From: an uncultured Gammaproteobacteria bacterium
Lineage (GTDB): Bacteria > Patescibacteriota > Microgenomatia > Levybacterales > UBA12049
Length of the DNA: 62,758 nucleotides
Assembly (NCBI GenBank): GCA_964544105.1
Contig: CAZIZQ010000001.1
Coordinates: 1-62,758, forward strand
Reading direction: 5' to 3'
Position 1 is the first letter of the stretch. Each line of letters starts with the position of its first letter. Of this stretch, positions 9,969 through 18,654 are shown piece after piece. A program made the translations under genes and the position numbers. The notes under the pieces were generated by a model. The model ran no database searches. It saw only the letters and a program-made list of their open reading frames with translations, and was not told where the DNA came from.

Positions 9969-10673
9969 CTATATTTTTTCCAATGTACTTTTTATTACCA
10001 GCCTTTTCCATGTTGTGCCAGGCGGTGTACAAGTTACAAGGGTAAGATAGGAATTATCAAGACTTTGAGCAAAGATTGTGGTGTCTGACGGGTCAACAAC
10101 GCGTATTGTTTTTATTTTATATATATATGAGATGTTATCTATACGTACGTTAATAGTGTCGGCCACTTGTAGTTTATACGCGTTGGCAAATATTGTTTTG
10201 TAATCTTTCGGATTAAAGAGTTGGGGTAGTGTTGAATGGCCAAAAATAACCGCGTTGCCAAGATCGGGAGGAAGGTTTGTGCCTCCATAATGGACCAAAT
10301 GGTTACTTAAATCGTAATCAGTTGTTGTAACAACAGCCTCGGCAATACCTAATTTAGGAATAGAAAGAAAGTATTCCGTAAGTTTTGCAACTTTGTTGTC
10401 TTGGGTTTGATGGTCGGGAAACCAGGTCTTTGCATTTTTATAATCAACCCCACTTCCCGTAAAAATATCTTTTAAGACTATGGTTGTTTTAGGTATAGGG
10501 ATAGTAAGGTCTGAAGATGCAAAAACTGGGGAAAAATATAAATGCCAGGATATGAATGGGGCAACAACATATAAAAGTATACCGCTTCCAGAGAGAATAA
10601 AGAGAGCAGAAAGAAGGCGGAAAAAATTTTTAAGAGTAGGGCGGTGTTTTTGTTTTTTGTAATATATTGTCAT
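9969..10673 (-). CDS. Sortase-family transpeptidase
   Basis: N-terminal TM anchor, a His block (IFGHSTLP) and the TLVTCTPPG catalytic Cys motif. Confidence 0.8.
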   Translation of the reverse strand: MTIYYKKQKHRPTLKNFFRLLSALFILSGSGILLYVVAPFISWHLYFSPVFASSDLTIPIPKTTIVLKDIFTGSGVDYKNAKTWFPDHQTQDNKVAKLTEYFLSIPKLGIAEAVVTTTDYDLSNHLVHYGGTNLPPDLGNAVIFGHSTLPQLFNPKDYKTIFANAYKLQVADTINVRIDNISYIYKIKTIRVVDPSDTTIFAQSLDNSYLTLVTCTPPGTTWKRLVIKSTLEKI

Positions 10674-11161
10674 TCTTTTTGGATGTTAATAGAAATGTTT
10701 TGGGAAAATTTTGGCATGACCATTGGCAGTAGTGGAATGTTTGGTTGAAGTTTGATGTCTACGCTTTTTATCTGGGGATTTTTTTCAATAATATTTTTTG
10801 TGTCTGCAAAAGATTTTCCGGCAATGTCTTTTGCCAGATTTTCTTTTTCCAGTTTGGGGAGCAAAAAGGCTTTTGCGAGAATGGTGCTAGTTATATCGTT
10901 ATTTTTGCCCTTTTTGGTATTTTCTAAAGTATAGGTTGTTGTATCAAGCACAAGATTAGGGTCAATATCTTTGTCGAGAAGGTTTTTTACAAATTGTTTT
11001 ATGTCATTTTCCTGGTAAGAAAGAGATTCATATGTTACTGTTCCAACAAGCGTGAATGTGTTTGCTTCCTCATCTATTTTTTTATCAAGATTACTTTGAG
11101 AAAATGATGTACCGGTAATAAAAGGCAGGATTTTACTTTCCTGATCTATTTTTTGCTGCAT
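10670..11161 (-). CDS. Hypothetical protein, possibly the C-terminal continuation of the upstream surface protein
   Basis: 163-aa ORF whose ATG overlaps the upstream stop by 16 nt around an A6 run. It has no signal peptide of its own. Confidence 0.45.
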   Translation of the reverse strand: MQQKIDQESKILPFITGTSFSQSNLDKKIDEEANTFTLVGTVTYESLSYQENDIKQFVKNLLDKDIDPNLVLDTTTYTLENTKKGKNNDITSTILAKAFLLPKLEKENLAKDIAGKSFADTKNIIEKNPQIKSVDIKLQPNIPLLPMVMPKFSQNISINIQKE

Positions 11162-12807
11162 TTCTTCTTGAGCTTTACTTCTTTTTTTGTTCCTCCGGAA
11201 AACGCGGTGTCGTTTTTTGCTTCTACTTCTGACGTATCAAAGGAGGCAACAGTAAATTTGACACCTGATGGCAAATTAGATTCTTTCCCAATATTACTGG
11301 CAACGACATTTGCTTTTTTTGTTTTGACATCGCTTAGTCCAGAAGAAGAAGCAATTACTACTGTTTCATCAAGTATAAATTTAAGACTATTTGAAGATGT
11401 AAGCGTTGTCCCTTTGGTCAGTGTTTGCTCTTTTGGTAAAACGCTAAGAATAGTTACATTTCCTTTTGCTTTTTCACCGATCTCTTTTTTTCCTGTTGCG
11501 CTTCTGGTTGTTTTTCCTTCTTTACTTATTTCTATACTTTTGGCAATTATCGTTTTTTTATCAACGTCTGTTGGGGTTTTTGTGGAAAAAGTAATATCTT
11601 GTTTTTGCTCGACAATTTTTGGTGTAACCGTTATTGATACTGCTGCTTTGACAAAAAAGATATATGAGATAAATAGAGCCAGAATAGTTAGAAGAAAAAT
11701 AGGAATTATAAGAAGAAATTTTTTCTTTTGGGGGTTATGTTGAGAAGGTTTGGGTAAAAGAGAAAAAATTTTCTTACTGTTTTTAATGACAAACGATAAT
11801 CCGGATAAAACCATTTTCCCAAATGGTTTTTTTGTTTCTAAAGGTTCAGGTTCTTTTTCCGGTATTATTTCTTCTTCCAGTTTTGTTTTGTTAATTCGTA
11901 TATCGGCATTTTTTATAAATCCAAAATTTTCTTCTTCCTCCGGCTCGCTCGCCTCGCTGGAGCTCTCGCCTCGCGGCGAAGCAGCGGGTTGGCGAAGCGG
12001 GCCGTAGCTTTTAGCGGAGGCGGCTTCTTCTTTTTGTTGTTGTTCGCCAGACAATAATTCAAATCCCATTTGCGATGCTGCGCCGGAAAGTACGGCTTTA
12101 GCATCAAAATTTTTGGGGAGAATTGTGATTTGCGGCACATGGAGAAAGGGAAGACTTTTGCTCCATGAATGACTAATAAACGACTGTGATAGTTTTTCGT
12201 TATCATGTTTGTCAGAAAGTACCAGAATCCTTGATGGGAGCACCTCATAATTGGTAAAGTGATGTAAGAGTCTATCAGTAATTTGAGCAATATTATCTTC
12301 ATTGGCTGTTCGTTTGGTTTCAATAACTCGTCCTGCCCGAAGCAAGGATACGGTAGTATGTTTTTGCCCAATCTCAATTAATATACCCGATACTGGTGCT
12401 CCTTCCTCCTCTTGTAGCAAATGGGCGATTGCCTCATGGATTACTAAAAAGCCAATTGGCTGCAATCCAAGGGCGTCGCTGGCTTTTTTTAGCAGCAATA
12501 AATACTCTTTTTTAATTTTTGTATCCTCAACCCAGGTTTCTTTTACACCAAAAATTGTTTTTTGTGTCTCGACATTTTCTGGTAATGTTTCTTCAGCCCT
12601 GCTTATGGCATTATCAAAAGATTCCAGCCATTCGTCTGGTGTTGATTCCTCAAGTGATGTGTTGAGAAATACTTCGTTTTTTCCAACTACCCGTACAATT
12701 CCACCGAGTTCTTCAAAGATTACCGCAGTTACCTTTTCGTCCCGAAGAAGAAGAGCCAGAAAATATTCCTTATTTTCTTTTTTCCCGAAAAAACTTGGCA
12801 GTTTCAT
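11146..12807 (-). CDS. Actin-like ATPase (FtsA/PilM-like) fused to a low-complexity linker, one TM helix and an extracellular beta-rich domain
   Basis: The N-terminal ~250 aa carry actin-fold-like blocks (GILIEIGQKHTTVSLL, HEAIAHLL, AVLSGAAS). One TM helix (LLIIPIFLLTILALFISYIFFV) follows. The start was chosen at ATG 12807, because the longer ORF only reads through the repeat element. Confidence 0.55.
   Translation of the reverse strand: MKLPSFFGKKENKEYFLALLLRDEKVTAVIFEELGGIVRVVGKNEVFLNTSLEESTPDEWLESFDNAISRAEETLPENVETQKTIFGVKETWVEDTKIKKEYLLLLKKASDALGLQPIGFLVIHEAIAHLLQEEEGAPVSGILIEIGQKHTTVSLLRAGRVIETKRTANEDNIAQITDRLLHHFTNYEVLPSRILVLSDKHDNEKLSQSFISHSWSKSLPFLHVPQITILPKNFDAKAVLSGAASQMGFELLSGEQQQKEEAASAKSYGPLRQPAASPRGESSSEASEPEEEENFGFIKNADIRINKTKLEEEIIPEKEPEPLETKKPFGKMVLSGLSFVIKNSKKIFSLLPKPSQHNPQKKKFLLIIPIFLLTILALFISYIFFVKAAVSITVTPKIVEQKQDITFSTKTPTDVDKKTIIAKSIEISKEGKTTRSATGKKEIGEKAKGNVTILSVLPKEQTLTKGTTLTSSNSLKFILDETVVIASSSGLSDVKTKKANVVASNIGKESNLPSGVKFTVASFDTSEVEAKNDTAFSGGTKKEVKLKKKCSKK
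11944..12003. repeat. GC-rich patch with 2-3 copies of the motif CTCGCCTCGC-N-GCGAAGC-GGG inside a CDS
   Basis: The 12-mer ctcgcctcgctg (11948-11959) and the ~22-mer at 11965-11988 match 12848-12869 inside repeat element E1. Confidence 0.6.
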
Positions 12808-12814
12808 AGTATTA

Positions 12815-12938
12815 AGCTCAAAAATCAAAGCGCAAAGTTCAAAACAACTCGCCTCGCTGCGAAGCGGGCAACGCAAAACTAAAAAGTTTTAAGATTTGAG
12901 CTCTAGTTTTGAGTTTTGACATTTGAGTTTTGAGTTTG
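12815..12938. repeat. Heptamer-built palindromic element, copy E1 (carries a GC-rich insert)
   Basis: CAAA-type heptamer arm 12815-12847, GC-rich 22-mer 12848-12869, and complementary TTTGAG-type arm 12887-12938. A 34-nt exact match to 27630-27663 lies at 12904-12937. Confidence 0.85.
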
Positions 12939-14810
12939 TGAATGATTATTATTCACGACAGCATATATTCTTCTTTGCCTGTGACCAATATTTTCTTGCT
13001 TTATAATTGTAAACTGTTTTATCTTTCCTGTAAAATCAACATGTGGCCCGCCACAGAATTCGGCCGAATACGGCCGTTCTGAGCTCGTCGAAGTACCCCC
13101 ACCAATAAAATACACTTTTACTTTCTCTTGGTATTTTTCATCAAATAGTCCTATTGCCCCAAGTTTTTTTGCATCAGCTAGATGCATTATTTCAAAATGG
13201 ACGGGAAGATTTTCGCTGATTTTTTGATTTACAATTTTTTCAACTTGTTTTATTTCTTCATCAGTAAGTTTTCGGTCAAAGTTAAAATCAAAACGTAATC
13301 TTTCTGTTGTAATATTAGATCCTGTTTGATGAACATTATTACCTAATGTATCGCGAAGTGCTTGATGAAGAATGTGTGTTGCTGTATGCCCCAAGATGGT
13401 TTTTTTCTGATGGTCAGCAAGGCCTCCGGCAAATTTTTGGGCAGCACCAAGTCTTGAAAGATCTTTGTGTTCTTCCATTTTTTTGGCAAATTCCAAGATG
13501 TTAAAGGTATAACCTAGGCTTTTTATTTGTGTTGGAGAAAGACCGTGGGTGGCATAAAGAATAAAGGCATCTTCTGGGGAAATTTCGGTTGTTCCCATAA
13601 GCTCGTCTCCTTGTTTTTTATTGGGATATTTTTTAACGATGTATTCTTTAGCCCGATTTTGGGCTTTTCTATACGTTTGTTCTTCTTCGAGAATAGTAAG
13701 TTTTATCCGTTCAAAATCAACTTTTAGTTGAGGGTCTGTTTCTTGATATTGGCTAACAATTGATTCAATAATATTGGCACTGTTTTTACCATCCAGTTTA
13801 TCCAGATTGTCGATAGATCTTCGGATAAGTCGGCGAAGAATATATCCTTGTTCGGTATTAGAGGGGGTGATATTGCCGCTAATCATAAAACAACTACCAA
13901 TATAATGGTCGGTAATAATGCGCATTTCCCGAGCATTTGATTGGTATTCTTTGCCTGTTTCTTTTTCAACTGTTTTAATTATTGGTGAACACAAATTTGT
14001 TTGGAAAACATCTTGTAGGTTTTGGGAAGCTGCTAGTAATCTTTCCAGTCCGCCCCCAAAGTCCACATTTTTTTGAGGAAGTTCTTTAAATGTGCCGTCT
14101 TTTTGTTTGACGTATTGCATAAAAACACTATTACCAATTTCCATATATCGTCCACAATCACAATTTACATGACATAATTTTCCAAATTTTGTGTCGTGCG
14201 GGGTTTCGAAATCAAAAAATACCTCGCTGTCCGGCCCTCCCGGTTCCCCCGAAGGCATGTTTTCTGGTGTGCCAGATCTTGACCACCAGTTTTTTGATGT
14301 ACCGTAATAAAAAATTCTTTTATCTGTATCGACGCCGGCATTTTCAAAAAGTCCTTTCCAAATATTTGCAGCCGTTTCGTCTTTTGGAATGTCGTTATAT
14401 CCCTGGAAAACCGTGACATATAATTTTTCAGCAGGCAACCCAAGTGATTCTGTTAGGAAAGAAAAAAACCAAGGCAGTTGTTCGTTTTTGAAATACCCGC
14501 CTTGTCCGATGCCATCAGGCGAGGCAGGATCGCCCAAAGACCAATTGCCAAGCATGCGAAAAAATGTGGTATGGCGGTTATCTCCAATTTCGTCTATATC
14601 TTGGGCCCGAAAACTGTTTTGTACGTTAACTAGTCTTTTTCCTTGTGGGTGTGGTTCTCCAAGTAAATATGGCACTAGTGGTTGCATACCGCTACTGGTA
14701 AAAAGGGTGGTTGGATCGTTCTCTGGAACAAGAGGAGCATTAGGGATTTGTTTGTGTTTTTTATCCTTGAAAAAAGATATATATAAATCAACAATATTTT
14801 TAGCTGTCAT
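12903..14810 (-). CDS. alaS: Alanine--tRNA ligase, short form without the C-Ala domain
   Basis: Class II AlaRS core (FTSSGMQP, FFRMLGNWSLGD), editing-domain HxxxH (HTATHILHQALR) and CGGPHV. The start was chosen at the ATG giving MTAKNIVDLY. The last ~12 codons are encoded by repeat E1. Confidence 0.9.
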   Translation of the reverse strand: MTAKNIVDLYISFFKDKKHKQIPNAPLVPENDPTTLFTSSGMQPLVPYLLGEPHPQGKRLVNVQNSFRAQDIDEIGDNRHTTFFRMLGNWSLGDPASPDGIGQGGYFKNEQLPWFFSFLTESLGLPAEKLYVTVFQGYNDIPKDETAANIWKGLFENAGVDTDKRIFYYGTSKNWWSRSGTPENMPSGEPGGPDSEVFFDFETPHDTKFGKLCHVNCDCGRYMEIGNSVFMQYVKQKDGTFKELPQKNVDFGGGLERLLAASQNLQDVFQTNLCSPIIKTVEKETGKEYQSNAREMRIITDHYIGSCFMISGNITPSNTEQGYILRRLIRRSIDNLDKLDGKNSANIIESIVSQYQETDPQLKVDFERIKLTILEEEQTYRKAQNRAKEYIVKKYPNKKQGDELMGTTEISPEDAFILYATHGLSPTQIKSLGYTFNILEFAKKMEEHKDLSRLGAAQKFAGGLADHQKKTILGHTATHILHQALRDTLGNNVHQTGSNITTERLRFDFNFDRKLTDEEIKQVEKIVNQKISENLPVHFEIMHLADAKKLGAIGLFDEKYQEKVKVYFIGGGTSTSSERPYSAEFCGGPHVDFTGKIKQFTIIKQENIGHRQRRIYAVVNNNHSQTQNSNVKTQN

Positions 14811-14881
14811 CTTAGCTTCTATTATAGCACGGTATACATAGTGTAAGAAAAGGTGTTTTTTGCTGTGATATAGTAGATGTA

Positions 14882-17800
14882 ATGACTGCTCCAAAAGAAT
14901 TAGGGGGATTTGGGAATGAGGTTAAACGTGTCCCGTCTTCGTTAATTGCATCAACAAGTGAAGTGGTACAAATGTTAGATGCTATACGAGCTGGGGATGG
15001 AACATTTTGGTACGAATTATTTCAAGGAGCAGTTGATTATAATAAAGCTTCGGCTGGTAAACCATCTATAGAATGCGTTCTTTCTGATGGAAGAACACAA
15101 CAATTGCCCGAATTTTTAAACGTTAATCCAGAAGCAACAGTAAGACAAGTTTTGGTCAAAAATCATATTCGTTCCGGAGAAGGTTTAAGTCCAGGTAATA
15201 TTAGGGTTTTAGGTCATGGTGGTGGTGAAGGCACCTTGGGTCAACATGGAAGAGGATTAACAATCAGCGCCACAGCAAGTCTGGTTGGTAATCATTGCAA
15301 AGATATTTCCTTTTTGTCAGTAGCTGGTGGTAAACCATGGCGAGGAAGAGGCGAGATGGCAGTAGTAGATGGAGAAGAAGATCCTTGTTTTACTTTGGAG
15401 TACACCCAACAAGGAATTGTTCCAACGGATCAGACAGTAATAACAGTTGAGCGGCCAAGCGTGGAATTAATGAGATCATTACGAGCAATGCCAAGGGATT
15501 TTTTGCTGGCAAATGCTCAATATCAACATTCCGAAATTGCAGGCGATCAATATGAATATAAAATACCAAACGTATTTACTATGTACGCACAAAGAGACGA
15601 TACTGTGTCTGTTGATCCTCAAGCATCATTTTTTTCAAATGAAGAAATAAGGACGTTTGGGTTACCAGATATACCAAGAGATAAATTAACCCAACTACCA
15701 AGAGTAGAGATACTTGATGATAGCTTGATATGCAAAAATCCTTCGGATGTAACAAGTAATGTTTTTGTTGATGGGCTTCGTTTGCAAAACAGTTATTATA
15801 ATTATGCAATGCCATGGAGCTTTTATGGTTTTGGAAATGCATCGAATTATTTTGTAAAAAGATCACACGATTCACGATATGTCGAGGGAAATCCACAATT
15901 TCTTATTGGAAAGGTATTAGCTAAATGTAATTCTTCCGATGTGTTCTTAAGAATTTTGAGAAAAAATATCAATGGGCAGGAAACAGTAGAAGGGACAATA
16001 AGAAAAGAAACATTTGATCATATTTTGCCTTCTGCTGAAGATGCAATTTGTGCAGCATGGGATTTATTAGTTGTGGAGAGTGGTTACAAACCAGAAGAAG
16101 TATATGTAACAAGTAGTAGGGTAATGCAGCAAAGAGCAGAAGCAGAAGGGTTTTCAACCATTCTTTTGGGAGAAGGTGCGTATCGTGAAGTCTTACGAAA
16201 AAAAGGGAAAATACGCTCTGCAGAAGAGGCATTAGGAGTTAAGAAAGCAAGTCAGAGTATTGGAGAGACTGTGCATGTAAGAATGAGGACATCTGAAGAG
16301 CATGAAGAATCTTTGTTAGAAAAAGCAGTGCATTTGCTTGCCCTTTTTAAGGGGAGGATGCATATAGATCATATTTCTGGAAAAGCAAGTATTGATTTGG
16401 GAGAGGAAGCGGCAGCGGGTTTTCAGGGTAGTGTTAATGATCTTCCCTATTTTGTTGGCGCATTTGCCAGAGAGGTAGCAGTATTGGCTAGGCGAGCAGG
16501 TCGGGTAGATGTTGTTGTTGGTGATGGGCAAGCAGGAACCCAATTTGAGTTTGATGTATCTGACATCTCTGGAGGACTAGCAAAAGTAGAAACAAAAAAA
16601 GGAGAGGTTATTGCAAGAAAAAAGGGTCTTGATATTGCCATTTTCTCTAGAGGAAAAACAGAAGATGCCTTAAGTAGGTTTCTTGTTAGGTTGGAAGATG
16701 AAGTAGGTGTCCTTATTGGAGAAGATGGTTATATTGATTTAGAGAAATACCAAGGATCTGCAGCAAGTAAACTTGCGCTTATGAATATGCAGTTAGAACA
16801 GAAACGAAGAGAAATAGAAAAAATGAAGGAGGATTTTGCGAGTGAGGAAAGGCAGATTGCAATAAGACGAGATCAGATTCGGCAAGGTGCTCGGGCAAAA
16901 ATCGCACTGCCAATGTCTTTATCTCCAAATACATCAGATATGCAGTTTGGTTCTCGAACTATTCAGGATCGTTCGTGGCAACATCAAGAGGAGGTACAAG
17001 AAATGCGAAATGAATTCCCCGATCTTATTATTACACCTCGGCAGTCTGGTAAAACAGGTCAACTTATTACTGCTATTAGTTCTTCATACAGTGTGGGAAC
17101 AGAGCTTGAATATTACGAATTGTCCCCACTTCCGTTTGAACAAAGGCGGTATGCTGATAAAGCAATTACTCTCAAAAGAGTAATTGCTTCGGGAAAACGT
17201 CCCTTTTTTTCGATAGTAGGTCATAGGCCGGTTGGTTATTTTCATCCCGAAGGACAAGAAGTAAGTTTTTTTAAGTTACCTGGTAAAAATATTTGGGCAG
17301 CTTCTTCGGATAAGCAAATAGCGCCAGGTCTTGAGGTATATTTTGAAGCTACAGATGAAGTGGATATAAGCACTCCTAGTCAGATAGAGCAGGAACAACT
17401 TGTTAATGTTTCTATGCTAGATTTTTCGTGGCGTAATATTATTAGTTCGGTTTTAAGAAACAAAGTGCTTACAGAGAGAGAAAAAGCAGATATTATACTT
17501 GGTCATTGGCACAAAGAATTTGTATATAATCCAACTAAGCCCCCTGAATTTAAAAATGGCGATGATGTTTTTTTAGAAACAATAAGGGGTGCAGAAGGGA
17601 ATTGCCAGGAGGCTGCTCGTGGACCACTCGCTTTGCTTCGTGCCGTTGGTATACCAACGCGGTACTTATTTGCTCAGCTTCCTCAGGATGGGAGATTGTT
17701 ACTTGAAGAAGATGGTCATGCAATGATCCAGGCATATATAGATAAAGAATGGGTGACAATTGAACCACAATGGGGAATTTATGGGTATCTTGATGGAAAA

Positions 17801-18130
17801 CAAAGTAAATCATTAAAAGCATCGTACCTACTTGATAGAATGCAAACAGAGCGTGCATTGCTTGCATCAGAATTACTTGGTGTTCCAGAAGTAGAAAGGG
17901 AACGCACAGTTCGCGCAGTGCTTGGTATGATTAATTACCAAAAACTTATCGAAAAAGGAGAGAAAATACGAAGCGAGGATTTGGTAAGAGAATATAGCGA
18001 TTTTTTTGAAGGATTAAGCAAAGAACAAATTGCATTGCTTTTGCAACTGTTTGATACGCCAAATGTATTCCAATCTGGTACACAATATAAAAGAGCAAGG
18101 CAAATGAGAAGATTTGCAGATAATATTTAA
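14882..18130 (+). CDS. Large cytoplasmic protein with a C-terminal transglutaminase-like cysteine-protease core
   Basis: 1082-aa ORF with no signal peptide or TM helix. It has a central coiled coil. The TGase-like core is GNCQEAARGPLALLRAVGIPTRY ... DGHAMIQAYIDKEWVTIEPQ. Confidence 0.7.
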   Translation: MTAPKELGGFGNEVKRVPSSLIASTSEVVQMLDAIRAGDGTFWYELFQGAVDYNKASAGKPSIECVLSDGRTQQLPEFLNVNPEATVRQVLVKNHIRSGEGLSPGNIRVLGHGGGEGTLGQHGRGLTISATASLVGNHCKDISFLSVAGGKPWRGRGEMAVVDGEEDPCFTLEYTQQGIVPTDQTVITVERPSVELMRSLRAMPRDFLLANAQYQHSEIAGDQYEYKIPNVFTMYAQRDDTVSVDPQASFFSNEEIRTFGLPDIPRDKLTQLPRVEILDDSLICKNPSDVTSNVFVDGLRLQNSYYNYAMPWSFYGFGNASNYFVKRSHDSRYVEGNPQFLIGKVLAKCNSSDVFLRILRKNINGQETVEGTIRKETFDHILPSAEDAICAAWDLLVVESGYKPEEVYVTSSRVMQQRAEAEGFSTILLGEGAYREVLRKKGKIRSAEEALGVKKASQSIGETVHVRMRTSEEHEESLLEKAVHLLALFKGRMHIDHISGKASIDLGEEAAAGFQGSVNDLPYFVGAFAREVAVLARRAGRVDVVVGDGQAGTQFEFDVSDISGGLAKVETKKGEVIARKKGLDIAIFSRGKTEDALSRFLVRLEDEVGVLIGEDGYIDLEKYQGSAASKLALMNMQLEQKRREIEKMKEDFASEERQIAIRRDQIRQGARAKIALPMSLSPNTSDMQFGSRTIQDRSWQHQEEVQEMRNEFPDLIITPRQSGKTGQLITAISSSYSVGTELEYYELSPLPFEQRRYADKAITLKRVIASGKRPFFSIVGHRPVGYFHPEGQEVSFFKLPGKNIWAASSDKQIAPGLEVYFEATDEVDISTPSQIEQEQLVNVSMLDFSWRNIISSVLRNKVLTEREKADIILGHWHKEFVYNPTKPPEFKNGDDVFLETIRGAEGNCQEAARGPLALLRAVGIPTRYLFAQLPQDGRLLLEEDGHAMIQAYIDKEWVTIEPQWGIYGYLDGKQSKSLKASYLLDRMQTERALLASELLGVPEVERERTVRAVLGMINYQKLIEKGEKIRSEDLVREYSDFFEGLSKEQIALLLQLFDTPNVFQSGTQYKRARQMRRFADNI

Positions 18131-18133
18131 TAA

Positions 18134-18598
18134 GTGCTTATGCAAAAATTTAATTTTTTTAGTTGTCTAGGATTAGATGATCTTTCATCTCTAGAGAAGG
18201 AGAGATTACAAAAAGAAATAGAGGATGTAATCTGGGGAAAATTTATCTTAATAGGGACTGTTAAGTTACTTTCATTTGAAGAACGAAAGCTGCTTTCTAA
18301 TTTAGTAGAACAAAAGGCACAAAAAGATACAATACAACATTTTTTGAATAGTAAGGTAAATAATTTCTCTCAAGAGTATGCAGCTTTTGCTCAAAAGGTT
18401 GAAGTTGAAATAATTAATGATCATATTGCTAATTTAATTACAGAGACGATACAAGTAATATCTTTGATAAAAGATAATAAAAAAAAGGAAAAATTAGAAG
18501 AAAAACTTAAACGGTATAAAAAGGCATTGGAATATTGTAGAGGATATGAATGGAAAAAGGTTGATAAAGAATTAAAGCAAGGAGAATTAAAAAGGTGA
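18134..18598 (+). CDS. Small helical / coiled-coil hypothetical protein
   Basis: ORF starting 4 nt after the TGase-like gene (GTG 18134 or ATG 18140), with a Lys/Glu-rich C-terminus. Confidence 0.5.
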   Translation: MLMQKFNFFSCLGLDDLSSLEKERLQKEIEDVIWGKFILIGTVKLLSFEERKLLSNLVEQKAQKDTIQHFLNSKVNNFSQEYAAFAQKVEVEIINDHIANLITETIQVISLIKDNKKKEKLEEKLKRYKKALEYCRGYEWKKVDKELKQGELKR

Positions 18599-18624
18599 AA
18601 TTAAAGGTATTTTACTATAGGTTA

Positions 18625-18654
18625 TTGACAGCTTAGAGATTCGTATGTTATACA
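18625..18654 (+). promoter_or_regulatory. Sigma70-like promoter upstream of rpoB
   Basis: TTGACA (18625-18630), 18-nt spacer containing TGt, then TATACA (18649-18654). Confidence 0.35.

Noticed and set aside
12808-12876. N-terminal ORF extensions that read through repeat arms (12808-12876, 27508-27567, 49794-49808).
   Set aside because: The extensions consist only of repeat-derived sequence. Conserved protein N-termini begin at the internal ATGs, which sit 3-7 nt after the element.
11153-12892. Plus-strand ORFs 11153-11743, 11750-12007 and 12302-12892, opposite the actin-like/TM gene.
   Set aside because: Their translations are Ser/Phe-rich and motif-free. The minus-strand frame gives a coherent domain architecture, so these are shadow ORFs.
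15212-15271. GHGGGEGTLGQHGRGLTISA in the 1082-aa protein as a GHKL ATPase G1/G2 box.
   Set aside because: The spacing between the two Gly boxes is far too short, and the putative N-box lacks the conserved Asn. It cannot be supported from sequence alone.
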